A stretch of DNA of 63,824 bases, filler included, from Trichomonas gallinae (Eukaryota), in the NCBI GenBank assembly GCA_008369845.1. It is 6 parts of 6 records of this genome, joined end to end, with 100 filler letters (N's around TTAATTAATTAA, not from the genome) between each part and the next. Parts side by side here need not be neighbours in the genome. Positions count along the whole stretch, not along the records: positions 20,413 to 40,675 come from MRSU01000336.1; positions 40,776 to 56,357 come from MRSU01000338.1; 4 more parts are not named here. One strand, written 5' to 3'. Position 1 is the stretch's first letter. The number at the start of each line of letters is the position of its first letter. The translations under genes were made by a program, and so were the position numbers. This document shows positions 30,330 through 41,355 of this stretch, in pieces. The notes beneath the pieces are model-generated. The model saw nothing but the letters and a program-made list of their open reading frames with translations, did no database searches and was not told where the DNA came from.

Positions 30330-31598
30330 TTAAAACATAGTTTGGAGGGTGTTGTTGGTTGTTGTCCTGGTTCTCGGAGTTATCGTTCTAGTGTAAACAA
30401 TTGAATTAATTTTCGCTCTTTGCCTGAAAAGTGCTGCCTGAGCCTTGGGATCAGGAATATCTGAGAAATTCCTGTTCCTGGCCGATCTAGCAGCGAGCAT
30501 CGCGTTTCTATCGATTTCAATAATTTTATCTTCAAGTTTGTGGGCTGTTTTCTCGGCTCTGTCTATCTCCTGTTCCGCTTTAACCACCATCTTATCGTAT
30601 TGGTTCTTTATTGCCATTTCTCTTGCAGCATGTTTTTCTTGCTGTTTCTTAATGAATTCTTGGCGCTTAAGGTTGAGTTCTGCTATGTATCTCTTCTTTC
30701 CCTCTTCTTTTTCTTTGGCTTCGAGCTCTAAAGCTTGAGATCTGACGTCATTTGCTTCTGCGTATCTTCCTGATGTAACCATGTGCTGCTCTCTGCAACG
30801 AAGCTGTAATAATGTCGAACTTGGCTTCAAAAATTCGTTTGGAGTCTCAGATTCAAAAATTTTGTCGAATTCTTTGAGTTCGAGTGCATCGTTTTCGTCA
30901 AGCTGTTTAAGACTTCTATCTCTAAAGTTTGCCGCCTCTTTAAGACGCTTATCCCATTGTTCTTTGATAGATTCATAATCTGCGTGCGATTGGTTGTATT
31001 TTTCTGTGATTATATCTTGTTTTTGGGATTGTATTTCTTCGTATCTTTCATTACTTTCAAGAGCAATGAGTGCTCTCGATTGTGTTACACATTTTTCAGC
31101 AAGTAGATAATCTCCTTGCGCAAGAGCTTCTTTTCTTTTAGCGCCAAGCGCTGCAATTACTTGTTTACGCACCATTGGATCGATCTGGTCAACAGAATGA
31201 CCAGAAATGAGTAATCCAATTGCATAATCGACATCTTCTTGCGTAGGACCCTTTAAAGATTGCGTTAATCCACGTTCAAGAAGTTGTGGATTCTGATTTG
31301 GATCTTCAGAATATTTGTAGTTCGTTATATATTCAATTGCTGCCGCGATTGTCCTTGAAGCTGGCTGATTTCGCCATTCTTTCAACTGCCTCTCTTTCTC
31401 CTTAAGGAGTGGAAGCATGGAAGGGAATAATTGTGGGTCGATGTCGTTCATTTCACATCCATTGATTAAAGCAAAAACGACAACCATAGCATCTGGATTT
31501 CCTTCGAGTGTATATTTGTAAACGTGTGGTCTGTATCTGATTGCTTTCTGTCTTCTGCTTGTTAAAAATCCTGTCCTTCGAGGACTTCGTGCAGACAT
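30330..31598 (-). CDS. Hypothetical coiled-coil protein
   Basis: ATG 31598 (MSARSPR) preferred because the upstream extension is poly-A-derived poly-Lys. Charged helical C-terminal half. Confidence 0.75.
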   Translation of the reverse strand: MSARSPRRTGFLTSRRQKAIRYRPHVYKYTLEGNPDAMVVVFALINGCEMNDIDPQLFPSMLPLLKEKERQLKEWRNQPASRTIAAAIEYITNYKYSEDPNQNPQLLERGLTQSLKGPTQEDVDYAIGLLISGHSVDQIDPMVRKQVIAALGAKRKEALAQGDYLLAEKCVTQSRALIALESNERYEEIQSQKQDIITEKYNQSHADYESIKEQWDKRLKEAANFRDRSLKQLDENDALELKEFDKIFESETPNEFLKPSSTLLQLRCREQHMVTSGRYAEANDVRSQALELEAKEKEEGKKRYIAELNLKRQEFIKKQQEKHAAREMAIKNQYDKMVVKAEQEIDRAEKTAHKLEDKIIEIDRNAMLAARSARNRNFSDIPDPKAQAALFRQRAKINSIVYTRTITPRTRTTTNNTLQTMF

Positions 31599-32531
31599 TA
31601 TTTTTTTACTAACGCACAATATTTTTTTTTTTTTTTTCGTTACAAAAAAACTATTTTTCTTCATTTTTATTCGTTATATATAGATAATATAGGTTATAAT
31701 TTATATAACTATATTTAAATCTTTCATATAGACCCATTCATTCAATGATTCACCAATTATCTTGGTATATTCTTTCAAAATTTTAATTAAATATCAAAAA
31801 ATATACGTATATATATTATTTTCTCATTATAAATATGTTTAAAATTTGGATTTCAAATATATATGATATAGTATTAAACATATAAATTGGAATAAAATTT
31901 TTTCATTTTGAAATTTGGATTTTTGAAATTTATTTCCGTGAAAATTTGATTAAATGTGTAAAATAAAGTAGATTAAGAGATTTAAATTTTTGATATTTTG
32001 ATGAAAATCAATAAAAATGAATGAATTTTGGTATATTATCATAGATATTTTTTCTCTTTTGGTAAATTTTTGGTCAATGAAAACTTAGAGTTCAGACTTG
32101 TACACTCGGCCATCAACGGCTACTTTGGTATAATACGTATAATACCACTTATTCACCACCCTTAAAATTAACCTATTTGAATGAGTAGTCGAAATTAACG
32201 CAAATCAATTATTGCACGTAAAAATCAACTCACGAAGCATCTATCAATTGAAATCAACAAAAAAAGTTGGAGAAATAAAATTGGGGATCATTGAACCTTT
32301 TTGACACGTAAAGTTTTCAATTCATTGAGCAGCAAAAATTTTTTCTCGTTAATATTAGATACCCGATTTTATGTGAAATTTGGGATGCATTTTGTATTGT
32401 AATTCCAAATAACCAATAAAATCAAATTTTTGATGAAAAATGTTTTTTTGGACGCAAAAACTACATCTCTATACTTCTCACATATTATTTAACAAGTCAG
32501 ATATAAAAATATTGAATTTTCAAAAATATAA

Positions 32532-33638
32532 ATGAAGTTTCAAGAAAGTTGTTCAATGTATTTCCGGGAATTTCTATCCTCAGTTCCCGGTGACATAGAA
32601 GCCTATGCTTCTCGCAAGAAACAACTTCTTCTTCCAACTTTTCCCTCACATTTTATCAATGAACTAATAGCGAACGTTACGGAAATTTTTAAATCTGAAC
32701 AAACATTGCTCGAAATTACACCACAAGTGATCGTTTGCGGAGACCTTCATGGCCATTTGCTCGATCTTTTGCGAGTTTTGAAAACGTATGGCTCTCCAGA
32801 AGCAAGACAATACCTATTTCTAGGTGACATTGTTGACCGTGGAGAGTTTTCTATCGAGTGTATAGTTCTTATTTACATAATGAAATGCATTTGGCCAAAA
32901 ACGGTTTGGATTATTCGAGGAAATCACGAGTTTGCTTATCTTTGCGGACAGTGCGGGTTTTTTAGTCAATTAACAGAGGTTTACGGAGATATGAATATTT
33001 TCCGTGCCTTTTTGAAATCATTTTCATATCTTCCGCTTGCAGCTATGATAGGGCAAACGACCTTATGCGTGCATGGAGGACTAAGTCCTTCATTGTATTC
33101 ATTAGCCCAAATTAAAAACATACAGAGACCTTTTGACGATTTTGGAGACGATGACGTAATAGACGGACTTTTATGGTCAGACCCCAACAATGATTTAAGA
33201 GAATATACTGACTCCCCCAGAGGAACAGGGTTTTTCTTTGGTGCATCAGCAGCAGATGAATTTTTGAAGGCAAATAAGCTCAAATACGTAGTAAGAGGTC
33301 ATGAATGCGTTCCTGACGGCTACTTTACTCATTTTGGATCAATTATTACGGTTTTTGGTGCATCAAATTATTGCGGGATGGTTAACAACTATTCGGCTGT
33401 ATTGAACTTTAAATCTGATGGAGTATACGAACCACGCAGGTTCCCTGCTCTTGATTACTTACTAAGAAATTATACGATTTTCACTAAGCAAAAGAATTAT
33501 ACGAGTATAGAGCCACAATCAGCTCGTAACTTTGATCCAAGACCAAAGGAGCACCTGCCTAAGCTCAAAGGAAAGACACCTCGTGTTTCTGCAAGACATA
33601 ATAAATTCCAAATCACTCCCATCAAAAGAAAGGTGTAA
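32532..33638 (+). CDS. Ser/Thr protein phosphatase, PPP (PP1-like) family
   Basis: GDLHG, GDIVDRG, RGNHE, HGG, LLWSDP, RGHE and ASNYCG motifs. Confidence 0.95.
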   Translation: MKFQESCSMYFREFLSSVPGDIEAYASRKKQLLLPTFPSHFINELIANVTEIFKSEQTLLEITPQVIVCGDLHGHLLDLLRVLKTYGSPEARQYLFLGDIVDRGEFSIECIVLIYIMKCIWPKTVWIIRGNHEFAYLCGQCGFFSQLTEVYGDMNIFRAFLKSFSYLPLAAMIGQTTLCVHGGLSPSLYSLAQIKNIQRPFDDFGDDDVIDGLLWSDPNNDLREYTDSPRGTGFFFGASAADEFLKANKLKYVVRGHECVPDGYFTHFGSIITVFGASNYCGMVNNYSAVLNFKSDGVYEPRRFPALDYLLRNYTIFTKQKNYTSIEPQSARNFDPRPKEHLPKLKGKTPRVSARHNKFQITPIKRKV

Positions 33639-33878
33639 TATATATGATTTTGTTTGTAAATATTATTGTATTATCTTATTTGAACAAGTTTTATTATGTA
33701 ATATTATTTTTATCGAAATGCAATTGCTTTAATAATCAAATCTTGTTTTTCATGACCAATTTCTCCAAAATTTAACAACGATGGTTGATAATTTACAGAT
33801 TAATAAAATATTTTCTTCAAAATATTATAAAACTATATAAACAATTTAAAAAACAACAAACAAAGATAATTATATAGC

Positions 33879-35258
33879 CTAATGAACAGGATTAGGCTTA
33901 AAATCTTTGACATATTCTATTGCAGAAACAAAAACTGTTTTTGCATATTCCATTGAGGAGGTAAGTTTGAGGCCGACGGCCATTTTGATGAACAAAGCAA
34001 GAGGAAGAGGATCTGCTAAAGGCCAAACAGACATCAGCGGCCAATAAACAGAGAATATATCATCGAACGCTAGGATGGTATTATTATCACTAGGCTCTTC
34101 ATCTGTCTCCTTGACTTGGTTCATGTTCTTCTTTGCGACAAAATCAATATGATTCATTGCTTTGAGAGAAAGCCAGGCAAACGCAGCGGGATCTGTATAA
34201 AACTGCATCTCAGAAATCGATTCCAGGGCTTTAGTATAGTTTGGAGCAACATCTTTAAATTTCATTTTCATTTGTTCTGGTTTAAGCATAACAGGACTAA
34301 TTCCAAGCTCTTCGCAAGTCATTTCACGGACAATTTCACAGTTCTTTGTATACTGCGTGTAATCTAGCTTCATATTCAAGAATGGACTTCTAATATACAA
34401 CTGATCGAAGTAAAATCGGACAACAGCACAGCGCAATATTGTAGTTTGCTTCGGATTCGATGGTTGAAGAATTTCGCCAATTATATTGAAGCATTTCGCG
34501 ATTCCTAAAAATTGAATTTTTGGAGAATTCCACAAATCCGTGGTTGCTCCATTACCAAATATCGTATTTTTGAGCATTGTAACAGATTCTTCAATAAAAT
34601 GCTGAAAAATTCCAAATTTGTCATTCGTGAAAATATAGCAGAAAAATAAGTCATCAAATCCTGATATTTCGCAGTAGTCATTCTTAGATTCGATGAGTGA
34701 GTTGAAGTTCTTTAACGAATCGTGCATCAGCTGCTCAGAAATAACAGGATAACGCGTGTCGAAATTGTATTTTCTGGCATATTTGTCCAATTGCGCTATT
34801 TTCCTAAATAAGCGCTTTATATCGGGTTTCGAGTTGAAATTGAAGCGTGCTTGCCTTTTATACTCATCTGCTCTGAAAGTTGCGATGAATCCTGCATCTT
34901 TACAGTCTTTCAGGTAACAAATTACTCTAGAGATCTTCATTGCGCATATACTGTAATAGTCCGAATTCAAAGTTTTGTATTTCGCTTGTAATCTCATTAG
35001 TTTTCGATAAATTATAATTTGTGTTGCGGAAGCTGATTCTATTGGGTTGGGGAGTTTAAAATTGAATAGATTGAAGTTCTTTTCTTCGCTTTGAATAATA
35101 AAAAATTGGAATAATTTTTTAGTCTTTTCGAATTGTATCAAGAATTCCTCTTCTCTTGCCTGTTTCACGAAGTTCAGATCTATGTAGCTCGTGCAGTCCG
35201 GGTCGAGTGCGTTGCTATAAGGAACTTCTAATAGCTTAGTTTCCCCTGGTTTACTCAT
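33879..35258 (-). CDS. Hypothetical protein with C-terminal VPS9-like domain
   Basis: 459 aa. VRFYFDQLY, LAFDDIFSVYWPLM and MEYAKTVFVSAIEYV parallel the C-terminus of 18219-19877. Confidence 0.55.
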   Translation of the reverse strand: MSKPGETKLLEVPYSNALDPDCTSYIDLNFVKQAREEEFLIQFEKTKKLFQFFIIQSEEKNFNLFNFKLPNPIESASATQIIIYRKLMRLQAKYKTLNSDYYSICAMKISRVICYLKDCKDAGFIATFRADEYKRQARFNFNSKPDIKRLFRKIAQLDKYARKYNFDTRYPVISEQLMHDSLKNFNSLIESKNDYCEISGFDDLFFCYIFTNDKFGIFQHFIEESVTMLKNTIFGNGATTDLWNSPKIQFLGIAKCFNIIGEILQPSNPKQTTILRCAVVRFYFDQLYIRSPFLNMKLDYTQYTKNCEIVREMTCEELGISPVMLKPEQMKMKFKDVAPNYTKALESISEMQFYTDPAAFAWLSLKAMNHIDFVAKKNMNQVKETDEEPSDNNTILAFDDIFSVYWPLMSVWPLADPLPLALFIKMAVGLKLTSSMEYAKTVFVSAIEYVKDFKPNPVH

Positions 35259-35940
35259 TATTTGAACATTTTAGGGGGAGACACTAACACATAAAAAGTT
35301 TTTTTTTTTCGATTTTTGATTATTTGGAATATTTAACACGTGAGCATTGAGAAAACAATATTCCGCTTTTAAGAGTAAGATTTATCCTTTTTTGTTTTAA
35401 AGGATACGACAGATTATGTTAGGATTATCTCCTGATCTGATGATTAAATTCTCTTCACTTCTTTGCTATCATTCTCTAAAGACATTCAATATTTAGAGAT
35501 GGATTGATTTCTTGAATTCTAACTTAACAATTTCTAGAAACAATGGAATCTTTTGCATCGTTATAATTTTCATAATGAGCACATCATTAAGGTCTTAACT
35601 ATATTAATGGTTCAATAGTGTTGATGAATCTGAATGTATATTGATAACTTTTTAGATTTTTCATATGATTTGATTTTGAATTACAAAGAAGTAAAGGACA
35701 TTGATGTGAGTGTGTTAGTTGTTTCATTGGATTTAGCCGAGTACATCTGTTTTCGATGAATGTAACAAGGCTGTCAGGAAAATGATTTTACTTTGTAATA
35801 ATGTGCAAAAAAATCGTGTATAAGTTCATCCAACGCATCCACACGATACATATTCATATAATGAAACTACTACACAGTTGTGGACTCTCTATTTCACATG
35901 TAGAAGCTGTTTTTATGAATTTTATTTTGATTGATTTAAA

Positions 35941-36012
35941 ATGAAAATGTGACAAATATGAAAAAGTGACAAATTTTGGGAAAAGTATCATTGTTTGTTT
36001 AGTAAAAGTGAC
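35941..36012 (+). promoter_or_regulatory. Cluster of M2-like (AAAGTGAC) core-promoter motifs
   Basis: 17-bp tandem ATGAAAA(T/A)GTGACAAAT at 35941 and 35958; AAAGTGAC at 35963-35970 and 36005-36012, just before ATG 36019. Confidence 0.55.
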
Positions 36013-36018
36013 ATTTTG

Positions 36019-36330
36019 ATGCTACTGATTTTCCTTTTCGCTTTGGCAACAACAGCGAAAGATCAGAAGAAAGATCAAACTAAGGCTAATAACCAAGGGG
36101 ATAACAATGATTCAAGTGTTGGAACAGTTTTAGGAGAATTTCTGAAAATATTTAAAGGTTCTTCCACTGCTACAAACAAAACAGACTCAAAAACACCCAT
36201 CAAAGCTACTCAAACACCTCGTCCACAAATCGAAAGGATAGAATCGCCACGAGAAAAATTAATAAAGAAAGCTCTCAACGAATCTCTCTACGTAGTTCCA
36301 ATTCCTGATGAATTTCAGCTTCTTATGTAG
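36019..36330 (+). CDS. Small secreted/membrane-targeted protein
   Basis: ATG 36019, signal-peptide-like MLLIFLFALATTA, 103 aa. Confidence 0.65.
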   Translation: MLLIFLFALATTAKDQKKDQTKANNQGDNNDSSVGTVLGEFLKIFKGSSTATNKTDSKTPIKATQTPRPQIERIESPREKLIKKALNESLYVVPIPDEFQLLM

Positions 36331-36960
36331 GTTGCTTTGCAAATTAGTGAAATCATTGTTTTACATATCTAGATTGATTGCATATTCAACCAAATTTAAC
36401 TCTTACGTTTACCAATTATAGTCAATCTATTATATTATTGTTTTGAATCACTCCAATTATACTATTTGTAATAATAAATTTTATCCATTTTAATTTTATC
36501 AGAAAACTATCCAATTTAAACTTAGCATACAATATTACTGATATAAGAAATATTAACTCAACTAGAGTTATAACTTTATTTTAAAATTATAAAATTATAC
36601 CAAAATAGTTATAAATTGATCATCATATAAATCATATCTGACTATCCTTAATTCATATCTCAATTATATATATGATTTAGACTTGTTTTATTTTTTTTAT
36701 AAATTAAATTTAAAAATTGAAGATGCAGTGATTTATCATTTAATTTTTCTGGGAGATGTTTATACAATGAATAAATACTAAGTCTTGAATTCCAGCAAAA
36801 AAAAAATGAATGAAAATATTATCTTTTTATTATCGAGATATGAGAAGAAATTTTGATGAAAAAGTCATATGTTAGCTGTATTTAAATAAAAAAATTGATG
36901 AATAAATCCCCTGTTTTAAAAATCAACCCCCTGTGAAAAATGTAGCCGTTTTGAATTTCG

Positions 36961-39900
36961 ATGGAGAAAGCTTCTATGAAGCTTATCTCTTCAGCTGTTG
37001 GCGGCTCTAATCGGCCGAGCCGTTCTCTATCATCTTCGACAGAATATTGCGCAGTTTGTTCAAGTTACATGGTTTTTCTCTATAAAATGCCGAAATTCGA
37101 AATTGTCGATGGAATAAACTGCAATGGAAAGATTTTCTTATACATATGCCTACCAAAGAACGGAGATCCGATACTTGCTTACTTGACTAACGATTATATT
37201 TTGTATTTTTACAATATTAAAACGCATATGCTTCTCAAAGGATCAAAAATATACATCGAACGATCTATTTTACACATGGAGTTTTCAAATAAGCGCGATA
37301 AACTATACTTTACCACTAACAAAATCGGAACAATTTATTCTGTTGATTTAAATTTTCAAGAGTCGTCGGAGATCACACTTCCAATATCATCAGTATGCAA
37401 AAATTTTGCCGTTTGCCCATTTTCTGACAATCATTTGCTTATTACAACGAATACAATGGATTTATTTTTGTATAATTTAGAAACAGAAGAATTCATAAGT
37501 TATCCCAACCAAATAGATGTAAAGAGCATGAAATTCAGTCCATTAAATAACAATGTCGTTTTAATTATCACGAGAAGACATAAATGGAGGATTTTCAACG
37601 TAGAAGAGCACTCAATTACTCGAATATCACGGTGTTCGAACAAATCAATTAGTGTTGGAACAGGTGAATGGCTCCAAGATTCACCTACAACCATCGCAAC
37701 AACAGATCTCGATAAATCTGTTATATACTTATGGTCTATAACAAGTGGAGATGTAATAAAAATGATAGGACTCTCAGGGCAAAAGATATCCAATATAATA
37801 AGCTGCGATGAAAAAGATATTAAATTTTATTATGCGAATGGAAGCGTCGCAAATTATAGTTTAGTTGATGAAAAGGAGCAAATACTCGTAAACAGTGGCC
37901 ACACAGGTTCAGTTTTCTGTGGCCAATTTATGCCGAACGATGGAAACACTTTAGCCACTGTTTCCGATGATGGCAGGCACTGCTTTTGGTCCATACCAAC
38001 AATGAAGCTCATAGACAGCATGAAATTGAAATGCGAAGATTTCAAGCATGTTTACTGCGTAGAATTCTCTCCAGGAGGCGGCTACATAGTCACAGGACAT
38101 GACAAAGGCTTCATTTCAGTGTATTCCAATGAAACGCGCAAACTCTTGTTTAAAGAAAAACTCCACAATGGAAATGTTTTGAGTGTTTCATGGTGCAAGA
38201 CTCAGCCAAATCTTATAGCTTCCATATCATCAGATGGTACATGCATTATATATGATATAGAAGAAAAACAGATTGATTCACCAATTACAGCAAAAGATCC
38301 ATTGCACAAGATACAATGGTCACCTTTTTCGACTGCCATAGCAATCGCTTGCATGAATGGAACTATTTACATTAGATCACATGGCGCCAGATATACTTTG
38401 CTAAATATAGGCAAATCTTCGCTGCTAGATGTTCAGTGGAGTTTGACAAATCCTTCGATTCTTGCGACCTGCAATGATAATGGAGAAATCGCAATTTGCA
38501 ATGTCGAAAATCGCACTTTTAAGAAGTTCCAAGCGCACAATGAAGCATGTTTTACTTTGGCATGGGCACCAAGCCTCAAAAACATATTAATCAGTGCTGG
38601 AAAAGATGGAATGATTATTATTTGGGACTCGGAAAAATTGCAAGCAATAAATGCTATGCAGGCTCACATTACTACTATTTTTTCAATTGCCATTCATTCT
38701 GATCATCCATTTTTAATTGCTGCGATGTCGAAAGATACAACAGTCAGCCTCTGGTCAATGGAAGACTGCTTCAAAGAATCATGCACAACTGTTTTAGAGA
38801 ACAAAGAAAAAACTTTGAGCTCGCAAATTGTTGCAACAAAGGAAGGAAGTGAAAACATAGAAAAACTCGTTCACAGAGTATTAAAGGATGGAATGAAGAC
38901 AGTTTTCAATGATAAAGACATCAGCCACATTAATGATATATCTATTATAATGAAAACGAAAGCGAATAACATGCTCAAAAACATTCCACTCGAAATGAAA
39001 ACTTTGCAACGTGCAAAAAATTCGAGAAGCAAAGTCATAGAAGCTGCCGAACTGTTTTTGAAACTCGGAAACCACAAAAAATATTGCGAGCTTATGTTCG
39101 TTTGCGGGGAATTCGACAAAGCACTTGCTGCCGCTCCTTTCGTATCATACAATTTCTGGAAATCATTGATGAAATCAAGAGCAATGATTGAAGAAAAATC
39201 GAAAAATTCATATATTTTGAAAATATTATGCGGAGAATTTGATGAAGCAATCAATGAATTAGTAGAAATGAATGACTTTGATGGTGCTTTTCTGTTGATG
39301 GCAGCTATTGATAGTCATAAACAAGGCCCAGAAACCATCTCTGTGTTCAAAGAATCTGAAGTGAACAAGATTCCATATTTTAATGATTATTCAGACATCA
39401 CGCCAATATTTGACGGTTACGATATCATAACTAAACGCGTGAAAAAGTACAAAAAGCACGGAAAGGTTTTGCTGGCAGCCTGTTTATACCTATCATTCGG
39501 TGATTTCATTTCTGCCTGTTGGACATTGACATTTTGCGGAGAAAGTTTGTGGGCAATGGAAATTGCCAAAAAATTCAAATTCGAGGACGAAAAATTTTGG
39601 ATGATTCATTGTACTAGACTTGTTTCAGATGGATTGATAGACGAAGCATTCACTCTAGCACCATTGAGAGTTAAAAAGCAGCTGATGCCAATGATTGATT
39701 CTTCGCACATCAATGATAGTTTTTACGAAAAATTCGGTTTACAAAAACCATATTTTTATCTGAACCAAGCAGCTCATGACAGGACCAACATGAAAGGATT
39801 AAATCTCATGCTAGGAGGTAGAGTTCAGGATGGAATGAATATATTATTAGCAAGGATACAATCGTTGTTGAAAGAAAAAGTTTTCGACTTCATTGAGTTT

Positions 39901-40401
39901 TCGAATTTCGTCGAAATTCTTGAAAGAGTAACTGAAACTAACACAACAGTATCTGCTCTTTCATTCTACAAGGCAATATACAAGGCTTTGTGGCTCGGAT
40001 ATATAGTAATTATTCCTGTTTTAATCCAGTCCTTCATCGAATGCGTCAACACAGATAACATCGAGTTCCTCAAAAATCGCGTTGAAGAAGTAAGTCATGT
40101 TTCATCATTATGCTCGAGAAAGGCATCAACTACTAATATCAGGTTAAGAGGAGCAAGACAAGCATTTTCCAAGAAACCAGTTAAGTTCGATGGAGGACGG
40201 ACACTTGCTGCGTTCAGTGGCGGATTTCCAAACATTGATGCAAATTATGAAATCACGTCAATTTTCAATACAAGGCCAACAGAGTCTGTCTTTGTACTGG
40301 AGGATAGAGCGACATTCATGCTAAAGAGTGAAGCCTTGAAGTGGTTCTCAGTTACTCCTTTCTCACCACTCAAAACACATCAAAGATATTATCCATTATA
40401 G
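36961..40401 (+). CDS. WDR17: WD40-repeat protein, WDR17-like
   Basis: Many WD40 repeats (GHTGSVF, AHNEACF..W, IIIWD). ALAAAPFVSYNFWKSLM and terminal FVLED..FML..EALKWFSVTPFSPLKT.QRYYP match the WDR17 C-terminal signature as I recall it. Confidence 0.8.
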   Translation: MEKASMKLISSAVGGSNRPSRSLSSSTEYCAVCSSYMVFLYKMPKFEIVDGINCNGKIFLYICLPKNGDPILAYLTNDYILYFYNIKTHMLLKGSKIYIERSILHMEFSNKRDKLYFTTNKIGTIYSVDLNFQESSEITLPISSVCKNFAVCPFSDNHLLITTNTMDLFLYNLETEEFISYPNQIDVKSMKFSPLNNNVVLIITRRHKWRIFNVEEHSITRISRCSNKSISVGTGEWLQDSPTTIATTDLDKSVIYLWSITSGDVIKMIGLSGQKISNIISCDEKDIKFYYANGSVANYSLVDEKEQILVNSGHTGSVFCGQFMPNDGNTLATVSDDGRHCFWSIPTMKLIDSMKLKCEDFKHVYCVEFSPGGGYIVTGHDKGFISVYSNETRKLLFKEKLHNGNVLSVSWCKTQPNLIASISSDGTCIIYDIEEKQIDSPITAKDPLHKIQWSPFSTAIAIACMNGTIYIRSHGARYTLLNIGKSSLLDVQWSLTNPSILATCNDNGEIAICNVENRTFKKFQAHNEACFTLAWAPSLKNILISAGKDGMIIIWDSEKLQAINAMQAHITTIFSIAIHSDHPFLIAAMSKDTTVSLWSMEDCFKESCTTVLENKEKTLSSQIVATKEGSENIEKLVHRVLKDGMKTVFNDKDISHINDISIIMKTKANNMLKNIPLEMKTLQRAKNSRSKVIEAAELFLKLGNHKKYCELMFVCGEFDKALAAAPFVSYNFWKSLMKSRAMIEEKSKNSYILKILCGEFDEAINELVEMNDFDGAFLLMAAIDSHKQGPETISVFKESEVNKIPYFNDYSDITPIFDGYDIITKRVKKYKKHGKVLLAACLYLSFGDFISACWTLTFCGESLWAMEIAKKFKFEDEKFWMIHCTRLVSDGLIDEAFTLAPLRVKKQLMPMIDSSHINDSFYEKFGLQKPYFYLNQAAHDRTNMKGLNLMLGGRVQDGMNILLARIQSLLKEKVFDFIEFSNFVEILERVTETNTTVSALSFYKAIYKALWLGYIVIIPVLIQSFIECVNTDNIEFLKNRVEEVSHVSSLCSRKASTTNIRLRGARQAFSKKPVKFDGGRTLAAFSGGFPNIDANYEITSIFNTRPTESVFVLEDRATFMLKSEALKWFSVTPFSPLKTHQRYYPL

Positions 40402-40660
40402 AATATTATTTTGTTTGATATATTAAATTGTTTGTTTGTTGTTATTATAGAGAAATCCACATCATTTTACCTTTTTCTTGAAAATATTCGAATATTGAAA
40501 TTATTTATCAAAAATTATCGATGATAGTTTATAAAATATGCTAAACTAATAATATTTATTCTATTATTAGCATGCTTTTAGATAATTTTGAAATATTTTT
40601 ATACCGTATGTAAATTTTTGGGTCATTTTTGAATCTGACGGTCATCTCTCAATTTTATTG

Positions 40661-40675
40661 CAGGGGTTGGCAAGC
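40661..40675 (+). mobile_element. Possible hAT-type transposon terminus at contig end
   Basis: CAGGGGTTGGCAAGC immediately before the linker resembles hAT/Charlie termini (CAGGGGTCGGCAAAC). Confidence 0.35.
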
Positions 40676-40775
40676 NNNNNNNNNNNNNNNNNNNNNNNNN
40701 NNNNNNNNNNNNNNNNNNNTTAATTAATTAANNNNNNNNNNNNNNNNNNNNNNNNNNNNNNNNNNNNNNNNNNNN
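40676..40775. other. Artificial contig linker
   Basis: N44-TTAATTAATTAA-N44. Confidence 0.98.
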
Positions 40776-40895
40776 ATTTTTTTTTTTTTTTTTTTTTTTT
40801 TTTTTCATCTATTTTGGTACAATAAAACACAAAAATACTCGAAAAATATGACTTTGTTCCATTCGATTTATCTGAGGAAGAGGATGAAATCTTCT

Positions 40896-41050
40896 AAAGA
40901 TGAATGCTTCGATTTTAAAATACTTATCTAGCATGAAAATTATTTCAATTTATCTATAATTATATTGATTTTTGTACTATCTGTAACCTCTGAAATCATT
41001 TGGTAACAGAATTTTTGCAAATACTGCTGTAATTATTGATGCCTTCGAAA
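40896..41050 (+). pseudogene. Highly decayed BspA-like LRR remnant
   Basis: Fragments KDECF, YIDFCTICN and (after a frameshift) LKSFGNRIFANT resemble the TpLRR repeat LNLSHCINLQSIGNRAFAN at 24.3 kb. Confidence 0.3.
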
Positions 41051-41330
41051 TTATTTTGTTTTAGATTGTCTTGTCATTCGCTCTGACAAAAGGAATATAC
41101 GCGTATGGATTGATATATATAAAATCCATCGATTGAATAAATGCATCCCTTATCAAAAATGTTCAAAAATAAACTTGGTAGATTTTTGAAAAAAATGAAA
41201 AATATAATTAAAAGTATTAGGTTCGAGTTAGGTTTGGCTGATTTTTTAAACTTTGAAAATAATAATATTTTGCCAACAAAATTTTGAAGATATAGAATAA
41301 AGAATTGATTTATAAAATTTGAGTTTGAAC

Positions 41331-41336
41331 TCATTT
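41331..41336 (+). promoter_or_regulatory. Inr-like element
   Basis: TCATTT starting 25 nt upstream of ATG 41356. Confidence 0.5.
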
Positions 41337-41355
41337 ACAATTTTTATATTTTTTT

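Noticed and set aside
417..35258. Apparent membrane-trafficking cluster (BEACH, VPS9-like x2, GRIP golgin)
   Set aside because: The genes span an artificial linker and belong to expanded families; co-occurrence is plausible by chance.
35281..35720. ACTAACACA words resembling the trichomonad intron branch/3' splice motif (ACTAACACACAG)
   Set aside because: Neither copy (35283 +, ~35719 -) ends in AG or lies within a gene with a matching 5' splice site.
35600..35810. Possible BspA-like fragments on the minus strand (CTLLQS..FPDSL, NLKS..INTIE)
   Set aside because: Needs frameshifts, and the similarity is too short to distinguish from chance.
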